A stretch of 51,154 bases of DNA from a virus: positions 1 to 51,154 of the IMG/VR virus record IMGVR_UViG_3300018946_000001, one strand, 5' to 3'. The notes beneath the pieces were generated by a model that saw only the letters and a list, made by a program, of their open reading frames with translations, ran no database searches and had not been told where the DNA came from. The position numbers and the translations under genes were made by a program. Shown piece after piece: positions 1 through 7,811 of the stretch (its first letter is position 1; each line of letters begins with the position of its first letter).

Positions 1-127
1 AATCAGAGGGTACAGCAATGATCAAAGCAATTCAGACCCGCTATAACGGCTACCATTTCCGTAGCAGGATCGAGGCTAGGTGGGCTGTGTTCCTTGATGC
101 GCTTGGTATTAAATATGAATACGAGGC
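1..127. repeat. Terminal overlap, copy 1 (identical to 51028-51154)
   Basis: The first 127 nt are repeated exactly as the last 127 nt. The overlap lies inside coding sequence. Confidence 0.95.
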
Positions 128-752
128 CGAAGGGTACGAACTGAACGAGGCTGGGCGTTATCTGCCTGACTTCTGGTTACCAGAGCAGGGGCATTATATT
201 GAGATCAAAGGGCATAAGAATGTTAGCGAGAAGGAACTTATAAAGTGTGCTGCACTTGCCATGGAGCATCCTGTCGTGGTGTTCTGTGGAAATATTGAAG
301 CGCCTGTGTTGCGAAATGGAGTTGTTGTTGGCGGCTGCGATGCGAGTAGTTTCAAGACTATAAAAAGGATGCCTTCGTTTACAGCGATGCGAGATTCTGG
401 TGGCTTACGCAAGGCGTACAACATGCCCTGGTATACCTACGAGTTAAAGTCTATAACAGGGTCATCTGTGCTGTTTATCCATGAAGATTGGCAGCACGGA
501 GCAATGTTAGATGATCGTCCACACTTTTGGCATGAGCGCAATGATGGGAGCTTTCATGTGTGGCCTTACCCGAGCATGGAGTTTTCAGACACACCAACTG
601 GCAAAATTGCGATTGTGCCCAGTGACGAGTCTTCCTCTGACTATATAAACATTGTCCCCCAGTTCACCACCCGTTCACTCAATAGTCCGCGATTGATCGA
701 GGCATACAACGCAGCTCGCAGCGCCCGCTTTGAGTACGGAGAGCGGCCATGA
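18..752 (+). CDS. PD-(D/E)XK-family nuclease (N-terminal domain) with an uncharacterised C-terminal half
   Basis: YHFRSRIEARWAVFLDALGIKYEYE...YLPDFWL...HYIEIKG gives a D...E-x-K core. The start is coupled to the primase stop across the circle junction by ATGA. Confidence 0.7.
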   Translation: MIKAIQTRYNGYHFRSRIEARWAVFLDALGIKYEYEAEGYELNEAGRYLPDFWLPEQGHYIEIKGHKNVSEKELIKCAALAMEHPVVVFCGNIEAPVLRNGVVVGGCDASSFKTIKRMPSFTAMRDSGGLRKAYNMPWYTYELKSITGSSVLFIHEDWQHGAMLDDRPHFWHERNDGSFHVWPYPSMEFSDTPTGKIAIVPSDESSSDYINIVPQFTTRSLNSPRLIEAYNAARSARFEYGERP

Positions 753-1282
753 CAACCATACCAATGATCAAGCCCCGTGTGCCCGTCACGCTGTATATCA
801 AAGAGCGCGATCCGTTATACGCTCCCTACCAGCAGCCGATAGATGATGCAATTGATGTGCTCTTTGAGGACGTAGCGCCCCAGCCGATGCAGCGGATTAT
901 CCGCATCAAGTGCCGCGCGTGTGGCGCGGTGACGCCTCGGCCCGCACCAGACGCCCCACCGCTGCTCTGCCCGCTGTGTGCCGAGCGGGAGGCAGCACAG
1001 GAAGCTCTCGACGCCGCCTACGCCGCAATGGTCGCAGCGGGCGCAGCCTTCGACGCCAGCGTGGATAGCGCCGACTCGGCTACGCTGGCCCGCTGGCAGG
1101 CCGTCCAAGCGGCGCGGGTGGCAGCCTACGACCCAAGCGACCCGACGAAGACCGACGCGCTGGATCGGCGGCTACAGATCACGCGGGAGCTGAAAGACGG
1201 GCTCGCTGCTATCCTCCTCGCTGAGGATGCATTGGTGGCAGCGGTGGCGCAGTGGGAGCAGCGGCGGCAGGTGGGACGATGA
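749..1282 (+). CDS. Hypothetical Ala-rich protein with a CxxC...CxxC zinc ribbon
   Basis: CRACG...CPLCAE motif. ATGA stop-start overlaps at both ends (749, 1279). Confidence 0.55.
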   Translation: MTTIPMIKPRVPVTLYIKERDPLYAPYQQPIDDAIDVLFEDVAPQPMQRIIRIKCRACGAVTPRPAPDAPPLLCPLCAEREAAQEALDAAYAAMVAAGAAFDASVDSADSATLARWQAVQAARVAAYDPSDPTKTDALDRRLQITRELKDGLAAILLAEDALVAAVAQWEQRRQVGR

Positions 1283-2139
1283 TCTTTTATCCCTCCAAGA
1301 ACAATAATATCTTGAATCGAGAAGTATTCACGCCAGAAGCGGTCAACGGCTGCGCGATGGTCAATCCGCACTACCCTGTAGATCTTGCGCCAGGCACCCG
1401 CTATATCATCGACAGCGGCGCGTTTCAAGAACTCGACATGCTGAACCGCGTACAACCCTGGACGGCTCTGAAGCGGCAACTCGAACTAGAAACACAGATT
1501 GAATTACGCGGCCATCATAGCCACGCAGAGGCGCTTGTGACCTATGACATGCTCTGCGGCGTGGATGAGGCCATTGTGAACGGCAAGCGGGTCAAGCAGC
1601 GCGGCACAGAGACAACCGCTGCACCAGCTGTGCTTGAAACCTTACGTAGTGCTCACTATTACCACAGCCAAGCGCACCGGGTACGCGGCGCGATTGCCTA
1701 CGCGGCGCAAGGGGCGAGCCCGACGCAGTATCTAGGGTGCGTCGCCGACCTGCTGCCGTTGCTGCGCCCCGGCCGCGACTGGCTGGCCTTTGGCGGCTTC
1801 TGCATTCTGGGCCGCGTGCGTTCGCTGCTGCCTGTGTTCGCCGCCACCCTCGCACTTGTGGTGCCACTTCTGGCGGCGTCGGGCATTCACCGGGCCCATG
1901 TGCTTGGGGTGTGCGTGCCAGAAGCCATTGCGATGATCACCGAGGCCGAACGGCGCTACGGTGTTCAGTTCTCAACTGACAGCAGCGCCCCCGAAATGTG
2001 CGGCATTATGGGGCGCACCTACCGTAACGGACGCCAGCACGCTACCTATAGCAAAGCACAGAAGTATCTGGATTATCACCCGGCGCAGCTCGCCATTACA
2101 AACATACAGGAGTACACCACATGGCTCGCCCAACAATAG
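1279..2139 (+). CDS. dpdA: DpdA-like DNA (7-deazaguanine) transglycosylase, TGT superfamily
   Basis: Motifs YIIDSGAFQ, AAQGAS, AFGGFCILGR and AHVLGVC follow the DpdA/TGT pattern. Start chosen at the ATG in the ATGA overlap with the upstream stop. Followed by a YhhQ-like gene. Confidence 0.65.
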   Translation: MIFYPSKNNNILNREVFTPEAVNGCAMVNPHYPVDLAPGTRYIIDSGAFQELDMLNRVQPWTALKRQLELETQIELRGHHSHAEALVTYDMLCGVDEAIVNGKRVKQRGTETTAAPAVLETLRSAHYYHSQAHRVRGAIAYAAQGASPTQYLGCVADLLPLLRPGRDWLAFGGFCILGRVRSLLPVFAATLALVVPLLAASGIHRAHVLGVCVPEAIAMITEAERRYGVQFSTDSSAPEMCGIMGRTYRNGRQHATYSKAQKYLDYHPAQLAITNIQEYTTWLAQQ

Positions 2140-2636
2140 GCTACATCGCCCTCGCCTGCTATGTGTCAACCATCGTCGCCGCGAACGCCGCCATTGGCAC
2201 CTTCGGCCTGGTGCCCGTGGGCCTCGGCCTCCTCGCACCAGCGGGCGTGTACTTTGCTGGACTTGCCTTCGTGCTGCGTGACATCCTACAGGACACGCTC
2301 GGCCGCCGCTGGACGCTCGGCGCGATCGCGGCCGGGGCGCTGCTCTCTGGTCTGCTTGACCCGGCCTTAGCTATTGCCAGCGGCGGGGCGTTCCTCCTGA
2401 GTGAACTGGCGGATATGGTGGTCTATACACCACTGCGCCGCCGCTCGTGGCTGTGGGCGGCGTTGGCGAGCAGCACCGTGGGGCTGGCAGTCGATAGCGT
2501 GCTGTTCCTCTGGCTGGCATTCGGCAGCCTGGACTTCCTCGCGGGGCAGATCGTCGGTAAGGTGTGGGTGACGCTGCTGTGTGTGGTCATCTGGGGGCTG
2601 GTGCGCGGGCAGCGACGGGCGGAGGTGGCGCGATGA
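2121..2636 (+). CDS. yhhQ: YhhQ/VUT-family queuosine-precursor (preQ0) transporter-like membrane protein
   Basis: Polytopic membrane protein. FVLRDILQDTLG, SGGAFLLSELADMVVYTPLRRRSW and STVGLAVDSVLF align by eye to E. coli YhhQ (DUF165). Confidence 0.7.
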   Translation: MARPTIGYIALACYVSTIVAANAAIGTFGLVPVGLGLLAPAGVYFAGLAFVLRDILQDTLGRRWTLGAIAAGALLSGLLDPALAIASGGAFLLSELADMVVYTPLRRRSWLWAALASSTVGLAVDSVLFLWLAFGSLDFLAGQIVGKVWVTLLCVVIWGLVRGQRRAEVAR

Positions 2637-3142
2637 CAACAGGCGGCTATGTGGATATTCCACTCAGCCTCTACGGCTATGGCGAGCCGGAGTCGCCCAC
2701 GCCGCTTGCCATTGTGCGGCGGCGCATCCAGCGCAAGCAATGTGCCGCGTGTGGGGCAACACTACGAGATACGCGACGACGGTTGTGTGGGGCGTGTCAA
2801 AAGGCAGGGTTGAAGTATTGCCCCGCCTGCGAGACGGTCAAGGCGGTTGATGCATTCAGTGTGAAGCGGCGCGATGTGAGCGGGCGCGAGGCGTATTGTT
2901 GGGAGTGTGATGGACGCCGTGAACCACCGCACCGCCAACGCAAAAGCACGAACCCGCCGCGCCGCCGGCGCGAAAGCGTTGAAGTTCACGAACAGCGTGG
3001 AAAGTTGCTTGTGGAGCTTCACGACAAAGATGGACTCACCTGGGAGCAGGCGGGGGCGCAGTTTGGCATTAGTAAACTTGCGGCGAAGTCCCACGCCCGG
3101 CGATGGCGGGTGCGACAGCAACAACAGGAAGGTACACGATGA
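2633..3142 (+). CDS. Cys-rich zinc-ribbon protein with a C-terminal HTH
   Basis: CAACG..LCGAC..KYCPAC..CWEC, then LTWEQAGAQFGISKLAAKSHARR (HTH-like). ATGA-coupled start. Paralogous Cys pattern in 4384-4830. Confidence 0.55.
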   Translation: MTTGGYVDIPLSLYGYGEPESPTPLAIVRRRIQRKQCAACGATLRDTRRRLCGACQKAGLKYCPACETVKAVDAFSVKRRDVSGREAYCWECDGRREPPHRQRKSTNPPRRRRESVEVHEQRGKLLVELHDKDGLTWEQAGAQFGISKLAAKSHARRWRVRQQQQEGTR

Positions 3143-3813
3143 GCGGGCTACGAATCATCGGCTATGCCGAGCCATCCCCCGAGCAGTGGGATTTTACGAT
3201 CCGAGGAATGCGTAACTCCTGGGAGAGTTGGCAGAAGGGTGATAGCGAGGTGCAGCACGATGCAGAACTGGCTATTGGTTTCGACTTCGGCCCAGCAGAT
3301 ACCGCGCTCGCCTTGCGCCTGGCACAGATCGGCAGCGACCACGGCAAGTACCTGCGAATGCTGCCGGTGATTGTGGAGATCGAGGCCCCCGGCTACTGGT
3401 GGAAGGAGTTTGATACGTACCGCGTGGGCGTCGAGGCCAGCGACGTGACGCAGAACAGCACCAGCATGATGCACACCCTCGGCCGGGAGCCGTTCCATAG
3501 CGATATGTTTTGCTTCGAGGGTATTGATCCAGTAGCCGCTGACTATCTTGTGCGCTCCCTGAACAGGCTGCGCGATGCCTGGATCGCCACGGGCAAGCAC
3601 AAAGGCCCAGAGGCCGCCGCGTGGCGTGCGCTCCAACAGGCGGTGCCGTATGGCTTCCTCTACCATCGCACGGTGAGCCTCAACTATCAGGTGCTTCGCT
3701 CGATCTACCACGCTCGCCGCAACCATCGGCTCGCCGAGTGGCGCACGTTCTGTACCTGGATTGAAATGTTGCCCAACAGTGCCCTTCTTACCACAACGAA
3801 AGAAAAATCATGA
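3139..3813 (+). CDS. Divergent ThyX-fold (flavin-dependent thymidylate synthase-like) protein lacking the canonical RHR signature
   Basis: EIEAPGYWWKEFDTYRVGVEASDVTQNSTSMMH and VSLNYQVLRSIYHARRNHRLAEWR parallel the ThyX RHRxxS...SxRY and N-R-hf-R-AQwEiR blocks. Key residues are substituted. Confidence 0.5.
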   Translation: MSGLRIIGYAEPSPEQWDFTIRGMRNSWESWQKGDSEVQHDAELAIGFDFGPADTALALRLAQIGSDHGKYLRMLPVIVEIEAPGYWWKEFDTYRVGVEASDVTQNSTSMMHTLGREPFHSDMFCFEGIDPVAADYLVRSLNRLRDAWIATGKHKGPEAAAWRALQQAVPYGFLYHRTVSLNYQVLRSIYHARRNHRLAEWRTFCTWIEMLPNSALLTTTKEKS

Positions 3814-4367
3814 TACTCGGCAGCAACGCGATCCGTGACGCGCTCACCAGCGGCGCAATCGTCTGTGACCCAGCGCCCGGCAAGATTGAGGGAACGCACA
3901 TCGACGTGACCATAGGGGAGCAGTATTGGTTACGTGACCCGGGCGTAGGCAATATACACATAGGCGATGTAGATCCGCATCGTGTGTTTCGACTGCACCA
4001 CGCCTTCATCACAAATAACGACATTGTTATTCCTCCGGGGTTCTTTGCACTGTGTCACACGATGCAGTTTATTGGCACGACAGTACCCGATTTGCTGCCT
4101 ATTTTGCATACGCGAAGCACCTTTGCTCGGCATGGATTATCAGTACACGAGTCGGCTGGCCTTGGTGACTGCGGGTTCGTATCACGGTGGACATTAGAGA
4201 TATGGAACCATCGGCACTATCCAATCCTTATCCCCGTTGGAGCACGTGTCGGCTGCGTATCGTTTGAGCGGGTAGAAGGCAACGACGAGCTGTATGTTGG
4301 GCGCTACAACGTGAGCAAAGAGGAGTGGACGCCGGAGGCGATGCTGCCGAGGCAAGGAAACTTCTAA
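3810..4367 (+). CDS. dcd: dCTP deaminase / dUTPase-superfamily protein
   Basis: HTRSTFARHGLSVHESAGLGDCGFVSRWTLEIWN...GARVGCVSF matches the Dcd S-x-aR-Gl...dpGf-G-tLE-N...Q-f pattern. Confidence 0.7.
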   Translation: MILGSNAIRDALTSGAIVCDPAPGKIEGTHIDVTIGEQYWLRDPGVGNIHIGDVDPHRVFRLHHAFITNNDIVIPPGFFALCHTMQFIGTTVPDLLPILHTRSTFARHGLSVHESAGLGDCGFVSRWTLEIWNHRHYPILIPVGARVGCVSFERVEGNDELYVGRYNVSKEEWTPEAMLPRQGNF

Positions 4368-4383
4368 CGCCCCATCAGACGCG

Positions 4384-4830
4384 ATGAGCGGCCCCGAGCG
4401 CAACGAAAGACCTATGGAGGCTGTAATGACACAGGCAATTGCTACCAATCGTATCCACGCCGGGATCTGCGTGCGCTGCGCCGCTCGCACCGAGTCACGG
4501 GTGCATCGCCTCTGTACGATGTGTCGCCGCAACTGGAAGTACTGCCCCGGCTGCTGGCAGTCCCTTCCGTTGGAGCGCTTCCCGTTGAATGTGACGATGC
4601 CCGACGACCTGAACGGGCACTGCCGCCAGTGCATCAGCGAGAAGTACGGCAAGCGACGGTTGAACGATTCGGCCCCCCTGACGACAGCCGAGTTACAGAT
4701 ACTCTACGATGCGCTGCCAAGTGGACGCCGCTATAGTTTCATCCTGTCACTGAGCGAGGAGGCGTCGGAGCGACTGCTGCAATATCAATGTGACATCAAG
4801 GCACGGGCTGACAAGGGCTATCAACCGTAG
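4384..4830 (+). CDS. Cys-rich zinc-ribbon protein (paralogue of the 2633-3142 N-terminal domain)
   Basis: CVRCA..LCTMC..KYCPGC..CRQC has the same order and spacing as the 2633 protein. Confidence 0.55.
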   Translation: MSGPERNERPMEAVMTQAIATNRIHAGICVRCAARTESRVHRLCTMCRRNWKYCPGCWQSLPLERFPLNVTMPDDLNGHCRQCISEKYGKRRLNDSAPLTTAELQILYDALPSGRRYSFILSLSEEASERLLQYQCDIKARADKGYQP

Positions 4831-4981
4831 AAGCCCCACCAAACGCCACCAGCGGCCACAGGAGCGACGATAGCGCGGCAAACGACGCAATACACAGGAG
4901 CACGACGATGCAGACCAGCAGAGCCACAGAACATACCGAACAATGCGCGTTGATCGAGCGGTGCCAGTGGAGGCAACAGCA

Positions 4982-5266
4982 ATGAGACGAGCTGCAAAGG
5001 TTGATCATAACCACGCCACTATTGTGCAAGCGTTGCGGCAAGTGGGTGCAACGGTACAGAGCCTCGCTGCTGTAGGGCAAGGCTGCCCCGATCTGCTAGT
5101 TGCTAGGGGTGGTACGAATTATTTGCTAGAGATTAAGAACCCTGCCCAGCGACCCAGCGACCAACGGCTAACACCAGATGAGCAGCAGTGGCATCAGGTG
5201 TGGCGGGGGCATGTTGTTGTGGTGCGAACCGTGGATGAGGCTTTAAAAGCAGTGGGGGCGATTTGA
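4982..5266 (+). CDS. VRR-NUC-type PD-(D/E)XK nuclease
   Basis: DHNHATIVQALRQVG...GCPDLLV...YLLEIK...LTPDEQQW motif set. The ATG at 4982 is ATGA-coupled to a 25-codon upstream micro-ORF (4908-4985) that has an AGGAG RBS. Confidence 0.7.
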   Translation: MRRAAKVDHNHATIVQALRQVGATVQSLAAVGQGCPDLLVARGGTNYLLEIKNPAQRPSDQRLTPDEQQWHQVWRGHVVVVRTVDEALKAVGAI

Positions 5267-5283
5267 AGTGTATGGAGGCGATA

Positions 5284-5787
5284 ATGACAGAGCGAGATAG
5301 AGAGCGTTTTTGGTCGAAGGTAGACCAGTCTACAAAAGGATGCTGGGAGTGGAAGGGTGGGAAGTTCAGTAACGGGTATGGTTGTTTTAAACTAAACGGC
5401 AAGACTATGAAGGCCCATCGTGTCTCATATATCATAATGCACGATTCAATACCCGAAGGTCTAGTTATATGCCATCGGTGTGATAACCCGTCATGTGTGA
5501 ATCCCGACCATCTGTTTGCAGCAACAAATGTCGCAAACACTGCTGATCGTGTGGCTAAAAAACGTAGTGCATTTGGATTACGGAATGGATGGCATACACA
5601 TCCTGAGAAGCGTCTTTTTGGGGAACTGAACAAAAAGACTCGTCTTCAGGCAGATGATGTGCGCCAAATTAGACAAAGGTATACAGATGGAGTTGCTACT
5701 ATTCGTGAACTTGCCAGAGAGTATGGAGTATGGGATGGAAGTATTCAACATATTATCAAAAGACGAACATGGAAACATATTCCCTGA
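5284..5787 (+). CDS. HNH homing endonuclease (HNH_3-type) with a C-terminal HTH
   Basis: RFWSKVD..GCWEWKG..NGYG...AHRVSY...CHRCDNPSCVNPDHL...N. GGAGG RBS 5 nt before the ATG at 5284. AT-richer than the flanks by eye. Confidence 0.85.
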   Translation: MTERDRERFWSKVDQSTKGCWEWKGGKFSNGYGCFKLNGKTMKAHRVSYIIMHDSIPEGLVICHRCDNPSCVNPDHLFAATNVANTADRVAKKRSAFGLRNGWHTHPEKRLFGELNKKTRLQADDVRQIRQRYTDGVATIRELAREYGVWDGSIQHIIKRRTWKHIP

Positions 5788-5906
5788 GGTCTGCTACGGC
5801 GCAGATGCGGCGTGGGCTGATCCTGAGAAGCGCAAGCAGCACGGAGCACGAATCAAGGCAGCGGTACAAGAGGCACGAAAACGAAAATTACAGGAGGTTT
5901 CTGGTT

Positions 5907-6143
5907 ATGAACAAGACATGCTTGACCTGCTCTAAGTGGATTGTCGCCGAGTGCCAACATGTACGTTGTTCTGTAAACAAGCGAGAGGCGCTACGAAGTG
6001 ATCTCCCTTATCTTGCAGCTTGCCAAGCGTATCAATATAGTACGGATGCCCTTAATCCATTATGGGAGCCTAATGTGAGTGACGCAGTGATCCAAGATGG
6101 AGGCGGATTGATATGTGGAGAGAAACAGGTAAATACACTATAG
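5907..6143 (+). CDS. Small Cys-containing hypothetical protein
   Basis: AGGAGG at 5892-5897, 9 nt upstream of the ATG. MNKTCLTCSKW...CQHVRC. Overlaps the next gene by 31 nt. Confidence 0.35.
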   Translation: MNKTCLTCSKWIVAECQHVRCSVNKREALRSDLPYLAACQAYQYSTDALNPLWEPNVSDAVIQDGGGLICGEKQVNTL

Positions 6144-6673
6144 AGTTGCACGAGTTCTTACTGCAAAAGGAATACGGTAAGAAGCGTCTGTCCTGTGTTT
6201 ATGTCATTCGTGACATTGTAGATGCAGTGGTTCTCTATGTAGGGCAATCTACAGCCGGTGTACAGTCACGTATCTGGCAACACATTCACACGAATAAACT
6301 CCTGGCCGACGCAATATGCCGCCGATGGGAACCGCCAGATCCTTTGCATTGCGAGGTGGCAGTGATACACGGTTCACTAGATGAAGCAGAGCGATGGTAT
6401 ATACAGACGCTCAGTCCGGCATTTAATAAAATTAAGTACAAAAACAAGGCGATTGTGCCACCTGAGCAGGTTGTATCTACTCAGCCCATTTATTCAGAAT
6501 TGTCTAAATGGAAAAATGCTGCTGTGTCATTGCCCCACATACAACCTATTGGCACCCCTCGCATTATGTATGATACTCACTTGTCACAAGATACCGCTAC
6601 GCTGGAACGGTTAGACCAGTTATATGCCAAGGCATACCGTGATCCTGGTCATCCCGACGCAAAGAATGAGTAA
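6113..6673 (+). CDS. GIY-YIG-domain nuclease
   Basis: VYVIRD...VLYVGQS...SRIWQH...AERWYIQTLSPAFN supplies the GIY, YIG, R, E and N positions. Confidence 0.65.
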   Translation: MWRETGKYTIELHEFLLQKEYGKKRLSCVYVIRDIVDAVVLYVGQSTAGVQSRIWQHIHTNKLLADAICRRWEPPDPLHCEVAVIHGSLDEAERWYIQTLSPAFNKIKYKNKAIVPPEQVVSTQPIYSELSKWKNAAVSLPHIQPIGTPRIMYDTHLSQDTATLERLDQLYAKAYRDPGHPDAKNE

Positions 6674-6794
6674 ATTACGCTATCTGCGCTGCCCGGCTGC
6701 CGAGGTGCGGATACCACGCGGGAGCCTGAAGCTGTGGACGTGCAGGCTGTGGCAGGCTGAGATAGTGCTCACGATGAAAGTTATGGAGGTTTAG

Positions 6795-7340
6795 ATGCAT
6801 GACCCAATGACTGTTGCCCACGAGATACGCCGCCCCTGGGCAGACAAGAAGCCAATGATGGGTGGCTTTCGTTACTACCCGTCACTTGTGACAATCTGGC
6901 ACGTTGACCCTGAGAAGGATGGCACCGATGATAGCTGTGATTGGTTCTATCGCAACCTTACCGAGCAAGAACGCGCCGCCGCGCTGGAGATGAGGACCAA
7001 TGTGAATACGGTTAATCATCCGCGTTGTCTCTTTGGTACTATATCGCAGGAAGATCAAGAACATATTCTACTCTTACAATGGCGTGCTGCTCGTGACTAC
7101 TACCGCCCACGTCCCTGGTGGCAGCACCCTCGCTGGCACATTCACCACTGGAAGATCCAAGTCCATTTCGTTCAGGCGCTGAAGCGATTTTTGTTCTCTC
7201 GTTGTGCTAAGTGCGGCAAGGGGTTCCCCTGGAACTATGCGCCTATCTCTAGCTCGTGGAGCGGCGGCGGGCCGCGCTGGTTCCGTGGTGAGCCGAACGT
7301 GTTCCATCACGGGTGTGACGGCGATACGTACGTAGCCTAA
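6795..7340 (+). CDS. Conserved-looking hypothetical phage protein (His/Trp-rich, C-terminal Cys pair)
   Basis: GGAGG RBS 5 nt upstream. IWHVDPEKDGTDDSCDW and RWHIHHWKIQV...CAKCG motifs. Last gene before the convergent terminators. Confidence 0.6.
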   Translation: MHDPMTVAHEIRRPWADKKPMMGGFRYYPSLVTIWHVDPEKDGTDDSCDWFYRNLTEQERAAALEMRTNVNTVNHPRCLFGTISQEDQEHILLLQWRAARDYYRPRPWWQHPRWHIHHWKIQVHFVQALKRFLFSRCAKCGKGFPWNYAPISSSWSGGGPRWFRGEPNVFHHGCDGDTYVA

Positions 7341-7358
7341 CCAGCCGCCGCCCACTAC

Positions 7359-7385
7359 AAAGCCCAGGCGAGTTGCCTGGGCTTT
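7359..7385 (+). terminator. Hairpin 1 of the convergent terminator cluster
   Basis: AAAGCCCAGGC / GCCTGGGCTTT, an 11-bp stem with a 5-nt loop, 19 nt after the 6795-7340 stop. Confidence 0.6.
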
Positions 7386-7386
7386 C

Positions 7387-7419
7387 GCTTGCGCCGCTTA
7401 CGCCACATCTGGCGCAAGC
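7387..7419. terminator. Hairpin 2 of the convergent terminator cluster
   Basis: GCTTGCGCC ... GGCGCAAGC, a 9-bp stem with a 15-nt loop. Confidence 0.4.
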
Positions 7420-7438
7420 CGATACACTCCCGCAAAGC

Positions 7439-7471
7439 GAAGCCCCGGCGATCACTGATCGCCGGGGCTTC
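7439..7471 (-). terminator. Hairpin 3 of the convergent terminator cluster
   Basis: GAAGCCCCGGCGATC / GATCGCCGGGGCTTC, a 15-bp perfect stem with a 3-nt loop, 23 nt downstream of the minus-strand stop at 7494. Confidence 0.65.
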
Positions 7472-7493
7472 GTCGTATCTAGCACTGCACTGC

Positions 7494-7811
7494 CTAGTCA
7501 GTAATGACCCGATCTGCTATCAGGCTCTCTCTGCTTACGATGTCGCCCGGACGACCGTCGCTCCACACTTCCCGGTATGCCTTCTTCCCTGCTCGGAGCA
7601 TCACGCCTGTGTCACTGCATGGTGCGTCCTGCGCCAGAATAAGTGCATCCCAGCCGACAATGTGCGGTGGATCGGGATATTGTGCTGGAAAGTGCTGTTG
7701 ATGGAGCGCTGCTACTGCTTGCTCGATCACTGCGGTCTTGCTGTTGTCATAGTAGGGCAACAAATCCGCCATCTGCCGTTTGAGCTGTTCCGTTTCGCGA
7801 TAGCCAGCCAT
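7494..7811 (-). CDS. Hypothetical protein
   Basis: 105-aa ORF. Its start overlaps the stop of the upstream minus-strand gene by 1 nt. Protein-like composition. Confidence 0.5.
   Translation of the reverse strand: MAGYRETEQLKRQMADLLPYYDNSKTAVIEQAVAALHQQHFPAQYPDPPHIVGWDALILAQDAPCSDTGVMLRAGKKAYREVWSDGRPGDIVSRESLIADRVITD

Noticed and set aside
1-127. Interpreting the 127-bp terminal repeat as a biological direct terminal repeat or an LTR-like element.
   Set aside because: The repeat cuts through two overlapping genes, and its length equals a typical maximal assembly k-mer. It is best explained as circular-assembly overlap. True termini cannot be inferred from sequence alone.
6674-6794. Intergenic gaps (6674-6794, 40699-40742, 43714-44103) checked for tRNA/tmRNA genes.
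   Set aside because: I found no cloverleaf-compatible arms and no GTTCRANNC T-loop-like motif with a matching acceptor stem by eye. A tRNAscan run would be needed to be certain.
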